64,000 nucleotides of DNA from contig OZ245366.1 of the NCBI GenBank assembly GCA_965226585.1, positions 608,001 through 672,000 of the forward strand, given 5' to 3'. A program made the position numbers and the translations under genes. Positions 1 through 12,182 of this stretch are shown here, in pieces. The DNA is from Thermodesulfobacteriota bacterium. Its GTDB lineage: Bacteria > Desulfobacterota_D > UBA1144 > Nemesobacterales > Mycalebacteriaceae. Each line of letters opens with the position of its first letter. Position 1 is the stretch's first letter. The notes beneath the pieces were generated by a model, which made no database searches, was not told the DNA's origin, and worked only from the letters and a program-made list of their open reading frames with translations.

Positions 1-1
1 A

Positions 2-196
2 GACATAGAAAAGCATCACCTCATCGCGCGGGGCGGAGAGATAAGGGTTTGCGCCCGCGGGGATATAATTGATAGAATAAAACTTATTGAGCCGGGGCTT
101 CTTGAGAAGTTTGAGGGCAGAGGGGTGGGGATTCTGTTTGAAGAAACGGAAGACGCTCCCGGCGGCTTTACGGTGAAGGCTGAATGGAAGGTTTAG
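2..196 (+). CDS. 3' end of a CDS truncated by the window edge, possibly an RNase E/G family C-terminus
   Basis: Open frame DIEKHHLIARGGEIRVCARGDIIDRIKLIEPGLLEKFEGRGVGILFEETEDAPGGFTVKAEWKV* overlaps the next start. The family guess rests on weak resemblance only. Confidence 0.35.
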   Translation, partial: DIEKHHLIARGGEIRVCARGDIIDRIKLIEPGLLEKFEGRGVGILFEETEDAPGGFTVKAEWKV

Positions 197-612
197 CGAT
201 TAGAACACTGGACAAAGGTGCGCTGGTTGAGAAGGAGTTTGAGACCGATGTTTCAATGGCGGCGGACAGGTTTCACGAGAAGTCGCCCAAGGTTTTGTCA
301 ACGGCTTCCCTGATAGGAATTATGCAGACGGCGTGCGCGGAGATGATGGCGCCTTTTCTCAACAAAGACGAGATGGTTGTGAGCGTGAAGATAGAGATGA
401 GCCACTTCGGGGCGGTTCCCGCCGGAACGACCGTGAAGTTGAGAATCGTGGTGCTTGAGGTTGCCGAGAGAAGGGTGGTTTTCAGCGTGGATGCGTCTGA
501 CGGAAAGCAGACGATAGCGTCCGGCAGGAACGATATGTTCGTCATAGACAAAAAGAGATTTGAGAGCGGCATAGAAAGATACAGAGCCGCGATGGAGGAA
601 CGGGGACAATGA
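184..612 (+). CDS. Hotdog-fold thioesterase, fluoroacetyl-CoA thioesterase (FlK)-like
   Basis: VLSTASLIGIMQTAC, SHFGAVPAG and VVFSVDASDG match the FlK-family pattern; 142 aa. Confidence 0.75.
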   Translation: MEGLAIRTLDKGALVEKEFETDVSMAADRFHEKSPKVLSTASLIGIMQTACAEMMAPFLNKDEMVVSVKIEMSHFGAVPAGTTVKLRIVVLEVAERRVVFSVDASDGKQTIASGRNDMFVIDKKRFESGIERYRAAMEERGQ

Positions 613-1034
613 AAGGCGGAGAGAACGGAAGTATTTATCACATAGCGATAGCGGTGAAAGACCTTGAGAGTTCCGAGAAGCTTTACGAGACCGCGATGGG
701 TCTCAAGGTTACACACAGGGAGGAGGTTGCCGAGCAGGGTGTGAAAGCGTCAATGCTTCAGCCGCAAAGCGGAGAGGGAACGGCGATAGAACTGCTTGAG
801 CCCACCGGGGAGGATTCTCCCATACACAAGTTTCTTGAGAGCCGGGGCGAGGGAATACACCACATCTGTTTTTTTGTTGACGACATAGAGAAGTCGCTAA
901 GAGAGTTGAAAAAGCGCGGCGTCCGGTTGATAGATGAAACCCCGAGAGTTGGGGCGTACAATTCAAAAGTGGCTTTCATTCACCCCAAGGCGATGAGCGG
1001 TGTTCTTGTGGAGCTTGCCGAGATGGCGGGTTAG
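609..1034 (+). CDS. mce: Methylmalonyl-CoA epimerase (VOC family)
   Basis: HIAIAV, IELLEP, FLESRGEGIHHICF, AFIHPK, GVLVEL motifs. Confidence 0.9.
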   Translation: MKGGENGSIYHIAIAVKDLESSEKLYETAMGLKVTHREEVAEQGVKASMLQPQSGEGTAIELLEPTGEDSPIHKFLESRGEGIHHICFFVDDIEKSLRELKKRGVRLIDETPRVGAYNSKVAFIHPKAMSGVLVELAEMAG

Positions 1035-1047
1035 CCTGCCTGTGTGT

Positions 1048-1260
1048 TTAATCTTTTGGAGAGCGGAACTCGGAGCCGCCTGAGTCGTCTTTCCCGTTTT
1101 CTTCGCTTTTGCCGGAAGTTTCACCTCCCTCAAGCGAACTGCGGAAGTTTTTGATTCCCTTTCCAAGCGATGACCCGATTGATCCCAGCCTGCCGGGTCC
1201 GAAGACCAGCAGAGCGATAACAAGAACGATTACGAGTTCGGTTATTCCTATTGAGCCCAT
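1048..1260 (-). CDS. tatA: Twin-arginine translocase subunit TatA
   Basis: [22 protein letters not shown]...[12 protein letters not shown]. Confidence 0.93.
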   Translation of the reverse strand: MGSIGITELVIVLVIALLVFGPGRLGSIGSSLGKGIKNFRSSLEGGETSGKSEENGKDDSGGSEFRSPKD

Positions 1261-1266
1261 GGGGAT

Positions 1267-1295
1267 ATGTTACTGACAAGAGCGGGGTTTTTCAA
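1267..1295 (-). promoter_or_regulatory. Putative sigma70 promoter of tatA (TTGAAA-N17-TAACAT), probably giving a leaderless mRNA
   Basis: The -10 box ends 6 nt before the ATG at 1260 and there is no SD sequence. Confidence 0.5.
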
Positions 1296-1325
1296 TTAAA
1301 CCTAATCCTGCGTCCGGCGGGAGAG

Positions 1326-2261
1326 CTATTCCTGTTCCTCAAGAAACCTCTCTGCGTCAAGCGCGGCGGCGCAACCGCTTCCGGCGGCGGTGATTGCCTG
1401 TTTGTATCTTTTGTCCTGCACGTCTCCGGCGGCAAAAACACCCGGAATATTCATCTCACTCGTGCCGGGATTTGTAATCAAGTAACCGTCTCCGTCCATG
1501 TCCAGAACATCTTTGAAAATTGAAGTGTTGGGGTTGTGCCCTATGGCGACAAACATCCCCTCGCACGGATGTTCGGAAGTTTCGCCCGTGTTGATGTTTT
1601 TAAGCGCAACACCCTTCACCCCGTCTTTTTCAGAACCCCTGATATCCTCAACCACCGAGTCCCAGATGAAACCGACCTTCGGGTTGTCAAACGCGCGTTT
1701 CTGCATAATCTTTGAAGCCCTGAGAGCATCGCGCCTGTGAATGATGGTAACCTTTGACGCGAATTTGGTCAGAAAAGTCGCCTCCTCAACCGCGCTGTCG
1801 CCGCCGCCCACAACAACAATCTCCTTGTCCTTGAAAAAGAATCCGTCGCAAGTCGCGCAGGTGGAAACACCGCGACCAAGAAGTTTTTTCTCGGACTCAA
1901 GTCCCAGCAATCTCGCGGAAGCTCCGGAACAAACTATAAGAGTGTCCGCGCTTATCTCCTCTCCCGAAGAAGTTTTTATCTTGAACGGACGGGACGACAA
2001 ATCGGCGGACGATATCTCTTCGTTCACACACTCCGCGCCGAAACGCTTTGCCTGCTTCCTCATTGAGTCCATAAGGTCGGGACCCATAATCCCTTCGGGA
2101 AATCCCGGAAAGTTTTCAACATCGGTTGTGAGAGTAAGCTGCCCGCCCGCTTCAAAGCCCTCAAACACAAGCGGCTCAAGGTTTGCCCGCGCCGCATAGA
2201 GGGCGGCGGTTAAACCGGCGGGGCCCGAGCCCATTATCAAAACTTTGGTGTGTCTTTCCAT
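1326..2261 (-). CDS. trxB: Thioredoxin-disulfide reductase
   Basis: GSGPAG, CATCDG, GGGDSA, HRRD and AAGDVQD motifs. Confidence 0.97.
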   Translation of the reverse strand: MERHTKVLIMGSGPAGLTAALYAARANLEPLVFEGFEAGGQLTLTTDVENFPGFPEGIMGPDLMDSMRKQAKRFGAECVNEEISSADLSSRPFKIKTSSGEEISADTLIVCSGASARLLGLESEKKLLGRGVSTCATCDGFFFKDKEIVVVGGGDSAVEEATFLTKFASKVTIIHRRDALRASKIMQKRAFDNPKVGFIWDSVVEDIRGSEKDGVKGVALKNINTGETSEHPCEGMFVAIGHNPNTSIFKDVLDMDGDGYLITNPGTSEMNIPGVFAAGDVQDKRYKQAITAAGSGCAAALDAERFLEEQE

Positions 2262-2288
2262 GTCAGCGACTGTTTCGGGAACTCGTGT

Positions 2289-2316
2289 ATTATATTTTCA
2301 TAAAAGGCGGACGCAA
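2289..2316 (-). promoter_or_regulatory. Putative sigma70 promoter of trxB (TTGCGT-N16-TATAAT)
   Basis: Perfect -10 and a TTG-type -35 upstream of trxB. Confidence 0.55.
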
Positions 2317-3273
2317 GTGAGTATACAACCTGATGAAAAAACCCTCGCTCAATATGAAAGCGCGCGCGGCGGTTGCGCGATTTTTGACATATCCGGCAGG
2401 GGAAGACTTACCCTTGCCGGCAAAGACCGCTTGAAGTTTCTTCAAGGGCTTATCACAAATGACGTTATGAAACCCTCAGCCGGGCAGGGGCTTTACGCTC
2501 TCATGCTGAACCGCAAAGGCAGAATACTGACCGATATGCGCCTTTTTCTCAGCGAGGATGAAACCGCGCTTGATCTTGAGCCGTCAGTTACGGATGTGAC
2601 CGCAGAGCGGATGAACGATTTCAAATTGTCTTATAAAGTTGACATAAAAAAAGACGAAGGGCGCGCCGTTTTTCACCTGTGCGGAGCGGAAGCCGCAGGG
2701 TGCGTTTCGCACATTACCGGCGCAGACGCCGGAGCAATGAACCCGTTTGACCACCGCGACTGCCCGGAAATTGACGCCCGCGCGGCGCGGACAGACAGGC
2801 TGGGAGTTACCGGATTTGACATTGACACACCGGGGGCAAACGCCGGGGAGGTGCGGAAACTGTTTGAGAAGGGCGGCGCGGCATTTGCGGGCGCGGATGT
2901 TTTTGAGGCGGTGAGAATAGAAGCCGTGATACCCGTATACGGAAAAGATATGGACGAATCCACAATCGCGCCCGAGGCGGGGCTTGAAAATGCCGTGTCT
3001 TTTGAAAAGGGCTGTTACGTGGGACAGGAGGTTGTGGCAAGAACGCACTGGCGCGGAAGGGTCAACAGACACCTCGCGGGGTTTGTGTTTGAGGGAGACC
3101 CGCCGCCCGGAGGAAGTGAAATTTTTTCAGACGGCTCTGCCGCAGGGCGCGTAACTTCGTCCGGATTTTCGCCCCGTCTCGGCGCTGTTGCCATGGGATA
3201 TATAAGGCGCGAATACGCGGCGGCGGGAACGGAGATACTCACAAGCGGCGGACAGCGCGGGAAGGTGGTCTGA
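2317..3273 (+). CDS. ygfZ: YgfZ/GcvT-family folate-binding protein (Fe-S repair)
   Basis: KGCYVGQE signature and FLQGLITND. The GTG at 2317 is preferred over 2245, which overlaps trxB. Confidence 0.88.
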   Translation: MSIQPDEKTLAQYESARGGCAIFDISGRGRLTLAGKDRLKFLQGLITNDVMKPSAGQGLYALMLNRKGRILTDMRLFLSEDETALDLEPSVTDVTAERMNDFKLSYKVDIKKDEGRAVFHLCGAEAAGCVSHITGADAGAMNPFDHRDCPEIDARAARTDRLGVTGFDIDTPGANAGEVRKLFEKGGAAFAGADVFEAVRIEAVIPVYGKDMDESTIAPEAGLENAVSFEKGCYVGQEVVARTHWRGRVNRHLAGFVFEGDPPPGGSEIFSDGSAAGRVTSSGFSPRLGAVAMGYIRREYAAAGTEILTSGGQRGKVV

Positions 3274-3335
3274 TTCTTCCCGTCCGAAGCGGTTTTTAAT
3301 CAGTATTTACAATGTTGAAAGCGGTTTCTAACCTG

Positions 3336-3364
3336 TGGACAACGGGCGCGTTTTTTGTTAGAAT
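3336..3364 (+). promoter_or_regulatory. Putative gyrB promoter (TGGACA-N17-TAGAAT, with TGn extension)
   Basis: Hexamers upstream of the GGAGG SD and TTG start; overlaps a one-mismatch DnaA-box-like TGTGGACAA (3334-3342). Confidence 0.5.
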
Positions 3365-3377
3365 TGAAAAGGTTTGA

Positions 3378-5882
<2,505 letters not shown>

Positions 5883-5898
5883 GCGGGCAAGTCAAATA

Positions 5899-6351
5899 TT
5901 ATTTTACAAAATGAGACCGTTCAAAATATAAACCCAACTCAAACGGTACTCCCGTTTCCGCAGCCGCAGATAGTTTGTAAAAATATTCTTTTCCTCTTTC
6001 TGTTATCAGTCCCTGCTCCACAGTATGGTCGGGATGAAGTGTTAAAATTGATTTTGCGCCAAGAATATAGTCCCCTTCCGGTAAATAGAAAACCAATGAC
6101 TGACCGCCACCATGAAATGTTGCAATCTTTATGCCGTTGACATATATCTCTATCTCATTTTCTTCGTGGAGTCCGCGGTCACGAACAATTACAACCTTTC
6201 CCGCATTCCCAGACGCGCTCCTGTACTTTTTAAACTCCGGTTCGTAATGTTCCGATGGAACTCTTGTAGATTGTGCAAATGTAATAGTTTTTGACAGGCA
6301 ACCCGTCAGACAGAAAGACAACAAAATTAAACTGACAATTATTTTTTTCAA
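5899..6351 (-). CDS. AT-rich hypothetical lipoprotein (DUF2846-like beta-sandwich suspected)
   Basis: Signal MKKIIVSLILLSFC with lipobox LTGC; visibly AT-richer than its neighbours. Confidence 0.7.
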   Translation of the reverse strand: MKKIIVSLILLSFCLTGCLSKTITFAQSTRVPSEHYEPEFKKYRSASGNAGKVVIVRDRGLHEENEIEIYVNGIKIATFHGGGQSLVFYLPEGDYILGAKSILTLHPDHTVEQGLITERGKEYFYKLSAAAETGVPFELGLYFERSHFVK

Positions 6352-6418
6352 AACAAAACTGCTCCCGTTCCAATGAAATAATTAACCGTGAAAGTCTAAC
6401 AGATGTTTTTTACCAATA

Positions 6419-8125
6419 TCAATTTCTGATGATTTTGACTTTCTCAACCGCCTTTGCGGTTTCAACATTCTCCGTCTTATCCGTAAGGCGGTTTTTAATC
6501 TCCACCTTGCCCTCTTTCAGCCCTCTGGGTCCGACAATCACCTGAAACGGAATTCCAATCAACTCCGCATCCTTGAACTTCACACCCGCGCTCTCATCGC
6601 GGTCATCAATCACCGCGTCAATATTTGCCTCAATCAGACCGTTGTAAATCTTATCCGCCACCGAAACCGTTTCCTCATTTGTCATATTGATTGGAATAAC
6701 CGCGACCTCAAACGGCGCAATGGCGGGCGGGATAACCATTGATTTCCCGTCGTTGTTCTGCTCTATCGCGGCGGCTGCGGTTCTGCCTATGCCGATTCCG
6801 TAGCAACCCATGACAAACGGCTTTTCCTCTCCGTTCTTATCCGTGAATGTCGCCTCCATCGCCTCGCTGTATTTTGTTCCGAGCATGAACACATGCCCCA
6901 CTTCTATTCCCCTCACAGAAGACAGTTTTCCCTTGCCGCACTCAGGACAGCCGTCTCCGTCTTTCGCAACCTGAATGTCAAAAAAAGCGTCAGAGGAAAA
7001 ATCTCTTCCCTCGCAAACGCCGGTCAGGTGGAAATCCTTTTTGTTCGCGCCCACAACCGCGCCGCTCATCTTCTCAATGGAGTTGTCCGCAACAATTCTT
7101 ATCTTTTCCTTCATTCCCACGGGCCCGCTGAAACCCACCGCGCCGCCCGAAACACGCACAATCTCATCCTTGTCCGCAAGTTCCGCCGCCTCGGCTCCGA
7201 GAGCGGATTTAAGTTTCGTTAAACTGAGCTCCCTGTCTCCACGCACAAGGGCGGCAACCGTTTCCGTATCGGTCTTCACAATCATAGTTTTTATCAAATC
7301 CCCAAGTTCTGTTTTTACAAACTCCGCCACTTCGGCGGCGGTTTTCATCGCGGGCGTCTCAACCTCTTTTACCGCTTCATCCTTTCCTCCGCCTTCCGCG
7401 CTTCCGGTTTTTGCCACCCCCGCCAGTTCAAGATTTGCCGCGTATCCGCAACCGCAGGTCATCACAATATCCTCGCCGGTCGGCGCGAGAACCATAAACT
7501 CGTGAGACGCGCTTCCGCCGATGTTGCCCGTGTCCGCAAGAACGGAACGGAACTCAAGCCCGCAACGCTCAAAAATTCTTTCGTAAGCGTCAAACATCTT
7601 CCGGTACGATTCCTTTGCGTCTCCGGTCGAAGCGTCAAAACTGTAAGCGTCTTTCATAATGAACTCGCGCGCGCGCATAATGCCGAAACGCGGACGGATC
7701 TCATCACGGAATTTCGTCTGAATCTGATAAAAATTGACCGGCAGGTCTTTGTATGAGCGAATATCCCTCGCCGCCAAATCGGTGATGATTTCCTCGTGCG
7801 TGGGACCCATGCAGAAATCCCTGTCCGCCCTGTCTTTGAAGCGCAAAAGTTCCTTGCCGTAGTAATCCCACCTGCCGCTTTTTCTCCACAACTCCGCCGG
7901 AGCCACCGCCGGAAGAAGCAACTCTGTCGCCCCCGCGCGGTTCATCTCCTCGCGGACTATGCCCTCTATCTTTCTCAAAAAACGGAGCCCGAGCGGCAGA
8001 TAGTCGTATATCCCCGCCGCAACTCTGCGTATCATTCCCGCCCGCGCCATAAGACGGTGGCTCGCCACTTCCGCGTCAGAAGGGTCGTTTTTCAGGGTTG
8101 GTATGAAGTATCCGGAAAATCTCAA
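6419..8125 (-). CDS. proS: Proline--tRNA ligase (with editing domain)
   Basis: GPTHEE, QIQTKFRDEIRPRFG, GIEVGHVF, MGCYGIG. Confidence 0.98.
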   Translation of the reverse strand: MRFSGYFIPTLKNDPSDAEVASHRLMARAGMIRRVAAGIYDYLPLGLRFLRKIEGIVREEMNRAGATELLLPAVAPAELWRKSGRWDYYGKELLRFKDRADRDFCMGPTHEEIITDLAARDIRSYKDLPVNFYQIQTKFRDEIRPRFGIMRAREFIMKDAYSFDASTGDAKESYRKMFDAYERIFERCGLEFRSVLADTGNIGGSASHEFMVLAPTGEDIVMTCGCGYAANLELAGVAKTGSAEGGGKDEAVKEVETPAMKTAAEVAEFVKTELGDLIKTMIVKTDTETVAALVRGDRELSLTKLKSALGAEAAELADKDEIVRVSGGAVGFSGPVGMKEKIRIVADNSIEKMSGAVVGANKKDFHLTGVCEGRDFSSDAFFDIQVAKDGDGCPECGKGKLSSVRGIEVGHVFMLGTKYSEAMEATFTDKNGEEKPFVMGCYGIGIGRTAAAAIEQNNDGKSMVIPPAIAPFEVAVIPINMTNEETVSVADKIYNGLIEANIDAVIDDRDESAGVKFKDAELIGIPFQVIVGPRGLKEGKVEIKNRLTDKTENVETAKAVEKVKIIRN

Positions 8126-9195
8126 CGTCCGACCGTCTCTGCCGAGTATGTGCCTATCTCTTTGACAAGTTCGTCAACAATCTGAGACTCTTTGAATGAG
8201 CGGACAAGTTTCCCGTCTCTGTAAAGCATTCCTTTGCCCCTTCCGCCGGCTATGCCTATGTCCGCGTCTCCCGCCTCGCCGGGCCCGTTGACCACACAGC
8301 CCAGAATGGCGACCTTTACCGGCTTTGAAAGTTTCATCGCTCCGGTGCGTTTTTCCACGTCGTCAACAAGTTTCATCAGGTCTATCTCAAGCCGCCCGCA
8401 ACCGGGGCACGAGATAATCTCAACGCCGCTTTTCCGCAATCCGATTGATTTCAGTATGTTGATGCCGACCGCAACCTCTTCAGCCGGGTCTTCGGTGAGC
8501 GAAACTCTGATGGTGTCGCCAATTCCCCGCGACAAAAGAGCGCCGATGCCGACCGAGGATTTTATCGTTCCCATCTTCCGTGTTCCCGCTTCCGTAACGC
8601 CGAGGTGGAGAGGATAGTCGGTTTCTTCCGCTATCAGTTCGTACGCCTCTATCATTCTCAAAACATCGGTTGATTTGACCGATATTTTTATGTCGCGGAA
8701 ATCAAGGTCTTCAAGGATTGCCGCGTGTCTCTGCGCACTTTCCGCAAGGGCGGCGGCGGTGGGAGAGCCGTGTTTTTTCAAAATATCTTTTTCAAGCGAG
8801 CCGGAGTTGACCCCTATTCTGATGGGGATTTCCCTGTCGCGGCAGGCGTCTACAACCGCCCTGATTTTTTCGCGCGACCCGATGTTTCCGGGATTGATTC
8901 TCATCGCGTCAACGCCCTGTTTTATCGCGGTAAGCGCGAGTTTGTGGTCAAAATGTATGTCTGAAACAAGCGGTATGTTTGTCCGCTTTTTGATTTCACC
9001 GAGAGCGTCAGCCGCGCTCTGGTCGGGAACTGCGAGGCGCGCTATGTCGCAACCCGCTTCTTCAAGTCTGCGTATTTCCGCGACAGTCGCCTCAACGTCC
9101 CGCGTGTCGGTTTTGGTCATTGACTGAACCGAAACCGGCGCGCCGCCGCCAACCTCAACATCTCCTATTCTGATTTTCCGGGAAATTCTGCGCAA
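8122..9195 (-). CDS. ispG: HMBPP synthase (GcpE)
   Basis: SVQSMT, DIHFD, RINPGN, HLGVTEAG, SCPGCGR, GCVVNGPGE. Confidence 0.98.
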   Translation of the reverse strand: MRRISRKIRIGDVEVGGGAPVSVQSMTKTDTRDVEATVAEIRRLEEAGCDIARLAVPDQSAADALGEIKKRTNIPLVSDIHFDHKLALTAIKQGVDAMRINPGNIGSREKIRAVVDACRDREIPIRIGVNSGSLEKDILKKHGSPTAAALAESAQRHAAILEDLDFRDIKISVKSTDVLRMIEAYELIAEETDYPLHLGVTEAGTRKMGTIKSSVGIGALLSRGIGDTIRVSLTEDPAEEVAVGINILKSIGLRKSGVEIISCPGCGRLEIDLMKLVDDVEKRTGAMKLSKPVKVAILGCVVNGPGEAGDADIGIAGGRGKGMLYRDGKLVRSFKESQIVDELVKEIGTYSAETVGR

Positions 9196-9205
9196 ACCGC
9201 AAGAA

Positions 9206-9234
9206 AAGTTAGTTTATGAGGGGGGAGGTGTCAA
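9206..9234 (-). promoter_or_regulatory. Putative internal promoter for ispG-proS (TTGACA-N17-TAACTT)
   Basis: Perfect -35 inside the tsaB 3' end. Confidence 0.45.
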
Positions 9235-9903
9235 GCCGCCGGGAGCGGGTTTGTAAAGGTCTTTTCTCAAGTATTTCGGCGAGAAGGAAAAAGCGGTTTC
9301 GGTTTTTCCCTCCTCCATCAGCCGCAATCCCAGAGCCGCGCAAACCGCCGCGCTTGAAGACGTTACGGCAAAACCCTCAATCCCCGCCCCGTCATCTCCG
9401 CGCCGCGAGCCGGAACCTTCCTGCAAAACGGCGGTGAGCCCGTCATCTTTCATCTCCGCCGCGCCGCGCGCCAGTTCACCGGCAGACACAACCTCATCTT
9501 CCGACATCCTTGACAGCACACCGTTTTCTTTTCTGAAAAATGCCCGGAAAAACATCCCGCTTCTCGCGTCTATTGCCGCGCAGATATTCCCCTGACGGCA
9601 GTCCGCGCTTGCCGCGAGCAGTTCAAGAGACGGCACGGGAGCGATGGGAATACCAAGCGCGTAGGCAAACGCTTTTGCCGCCGCCGCGCCAACTTTCAAA
9701 GAGGTGAAAAATCCCGGACCTGAGGAAACCGCGACAAGACCAATATCGCTTTTGCCGATTGAGGTTTCCTTTAACGCCTCATCCACCGACAGCGTGAGTT
9801 CTTCCGCATTTTTTGTGAGTGAACGGACGGCAAGTGTCTTTTCCCCGTCCGCAAGGGCAATTTGCCCCCGGTGGGTTGAAGACTCAATCGCCAAAACTTT
9901 CAT
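9214..9903 (-). CDS. tsaB: tRNA t6A biosynthesis protein TsaB
   Basis: LAIESS, GPGFFTSLKVG, IDAR, PKYLR. Confidence 0.9.
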   Translation of the reverse strand: MKVLAIESSTHRGQIALADGEKTLAVRSLTKNAEELTLSVDEALKETSIGKSDIGLVAVSSGPGFFTSLKVGAAAAKAFAYALGIPIAPVPSLELLAASADCRQGNICAAIDARSGMFFRAFFRKENGVLSRMSEDEVVSAGELARGAAEMKDDGLTAVLQEGSGSRRGDDGAGIEGFAVTSSSAAVCAALGLRLMEEGKTETAFSFSPKYLRKDLYKPAPGGLTPPPS

Positions 9904-9905
9904 TT

Positions 9906-10931
9906 TCAGGAGTCTTTGACGCCGGCTTTTCCCAGAATGTCCTTTCTCAGCCGGCGGGCGAGCGGAAGGTTGTCTGCCAGAAACTCAACGGATTTCTGGC
10001 GTCCCTGCCCGATTTTTGTGTCTCCGTATGAGAAATGCGCGCCTTTCTGCTCAACCACTCCGTAGTGGGCTCCGATGTCCAGAAGTTCCCCGAATTTTGA
10101 GATTCCCTTGCCGTAGACTATTTCCACTTCGGCGGCTCTGAACGGCGGCGCGACCTTGTTTTTTACAACGCGCACCCTCGCCTTGATTCCCGTTATGTTT
10201 TCGTCCTTGTCTTTTACGGCCGCAATTCTTCTCACGTCCATGCGGACTGAAGAGTAGAAACGCAGGGCGGTTCCGCCGGTTGTGGTTTCGGGGTTCATGT
10301 AGGCGGGAACTCCGATTTTCTGCCTTGTCTGGTTGATGAAAACCACAATCGTGCCAGATTTGTGCACATTTCCCGTCAGTTTTCTCAGAGCCTGAGACAT
10401 CAGCCTTGCCTGAAGTCCCACGTGCTTGTCTCCCATCTCTCCGTCTATCTCCGCCTTGGGAACAAGGGCGGCAACGGAGTCAATAACTATGATGTCAACC
10501 GCTCCGCTCTTTACAAGTGTGTCAACTATTTCAAGCGCCTGCTCGCCGCTGTCGGGCTGGGAAACCAGAAGGTCGGTCAGCTTCACTCCCAGAGCTGCCG
10601 CGTATTTTGGGTCAAGGGCGTGCTCTGCGTCCACAAAAGCCGCCGTGCCTCCGTTTTTCTGGCATTCCGCAATCGCGCTTATGGCGATTGTTGTTTTGCC
10701 CGAAGACTCCGCGCCGTATATCTCAACAATTCTTCCCCTCGGAAGCCCGCCCACGCCCAGAGCGATGTTTACGCCGACCGAGCCGGTGGAAACCACCTGC
10801 ATATCCGGCAATTTTCCGTCCGCGCCGAGCGTCATAATCGCGCCGTCTCCGAACTGTTTTTCTATTATTGAGATTGCCTTGTCTATTGAAGTTTCAGTTT
10901 TTGAAGGTTTGGTTTTTTCTTTTGCAGACAT
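9906..10931 (-). CDS. recA: Recombinase RecA
   Basis: [45 protein letters not shown]. Confidence 0.99.
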   Translation of the reverse strand: MSAKEKTKPSKTETSIDKAISIIEKQFGDGAIMTLGADGKLPDMQVVSTGSVGVNIALGVGGLPRGRIVEIYGAESSGKTTIAISAIAECQKNGGTAAFVDAEHALDPKYAAALGVKLTDLLVSQPDSGEQALEIVDTLVKSGAVDIIVIDSVAALVPKAEIDGEMGDKHVGLQARLMSQALRKLTGNVHKSGTIVVFINQTRQKIGVPAYMNPETTTGGTALRFYSSVRMDVRRIAAVKDKDENITGIKARVRVVKNKVAPPFRAAEVEIVYGKGISKFGELLDIGAHYGVVEQKGAHFSYGDTKIGQGRQKSVEFLADNLPLARRLRKDILGKAGVKDS

Positions 10932-10934
10932 TTT

Positions 10935-12182
10935 TTACTCCAAATTTTTTTCCGCGCCGCCCGGCAAAAGCGCCAGCCTCATCACCATCTCAAGAGCCGC
11001 CGCCACAGAACTTTCGCGTATGCGGGAGCGTTTTCCCCTGAACTCAAATTTTGAGACTTCGCCGCCGGAATTACCCGCGCTGGTGGCAATGTAAACGGTT
11101 CCCACCGGCTTTTCAAACGAGCCGCCTCCGGGTCCCGCTATTCCCGTTATCCCGACCCCTATGCTTGCGCCGAACCGTTTTCTCACCCCTTCCGCCATAG
11201 CCTCCGCCACGGCGGCGCTCACGGCTCCCTCTTTTTCAATCAGCGCGGCGGGAACGCCAACCGTGTCGGTCTTTGATTCGTTGGAATACGACACAACGCC
11301 GCCCGGAAACCATGCGGAACTTCCGGCGATACCGGTCAGTTTCCCGGCAAGCATTCCCCCCGTGCACGATTCCGCCGTGGCAACGGTGAGTTTTTTTTCG
11401 CTCAGCGCCCGCGCCACCGCTTCGGTGAGCGTTTCGCCGCCGGTTGAGAAAGCCGCGGAAGCAAAATGTTTTTTTATTTCTCCGGCGACCTTCTCAACCT
11501 CCGGCGCGTTGCGAGGGTGGGAAACTCTCACCTGAATTTCGTGCTCTCTCAACCGGTACGCGATGTCAACTTCGCCCGTGTCCATGCTCTCAACCCGCCT
11601 TGCTATCTCTGATTCCGGCACACCGAAAATACTGACCGCCTTTATTGAAAAGCCTCCCGCGCCGCCCCTGCGGATGATGTCCGGCAGGGCAAAATCTTTG
11701 AGCATCGCCCTGAACTCGGCAGGCACTCCGGGCAGAAAGTAGAAAACCGCCTTTTCCGGTTTGAACATGAACCCCGGAGCCACGCCCTCTGAATTTGGAA
11801 CCGGCTCCGCGCCCGAGGGAAATTCCGCCTGCTTTTTATGTGACGGCAGAACACGCCGGTCTATCTTCTTCAGCGCGTTCTCAACCATTTCAAGCGCGCG
11901 CGCGTCTGTTTCAAGCGGAACACCGAAACTTTCCGCCGCGCAAGACGCGGTGAGGTCGTCGGGCGTGGGACCGAGACCGCCGCAGACGACTGTGAAGTCC
12001 GCCTTTGCCGCGTCTCTCAGGGCGGCAACTATGTCTTTTCTGCTGTCGCCCACAGACGTTCTTTTGCGGGGCGGCGCGATTCCCGCAGACACCAGTTCAC
12101 GCGCCGCGAATGAAAAGTTTGTGTCTTCAGTCGCCCCTGAAAGAATCTCATCTCCAACCGTTACAAACTCAATTTCAGCCAA
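10935..12182 (-). CDS. cinA: Competence/damage-inducible protein CinA (MoCF-like plus PncC domains)
   Basis: VGDEILSG, GGLGPTPDDLT, AESCTGG, TGIAGPGGG. Start moved to the TTG at 12182, which overlaps the pgpA stop. Confidence 0.93.
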   Translation of the reverse strand: MAEIEFVTVGDEILSGATEDTNFSFAARELVSAGIAPPRKRTSVGDSRKDIVAALRDAAKADFTVVCGGLGPTPDDLTASCAAESFGVPLETDARALEMVENALKKIDRRVLPSHKKQAEFPSGAEPVPNSEGVAPGFMFKPEKAVFYFLPGVPAEFRAMLKDFALPDIIRRGGAGGFSIKAVSIFGVPESEIARRVESMDTGEVDIAYRLREHEIQVRVSHPRNAPEVEKVAGEIKKHFASAAFSTGGETLTEAVARALSEKKLTVATAESCTGGMLAGKLTGIAGSSAWFPGGVVSYSNESKTDTVGVPAALIEKEGAVSAAVAEAMAEGVRKRFGASIGVGITGIAGPGGGSFEKPVGTVYIATSAGNSGGEVSKFEFRGKRSRIRESSVAAALEMVMRLALLPGGAEKNLE

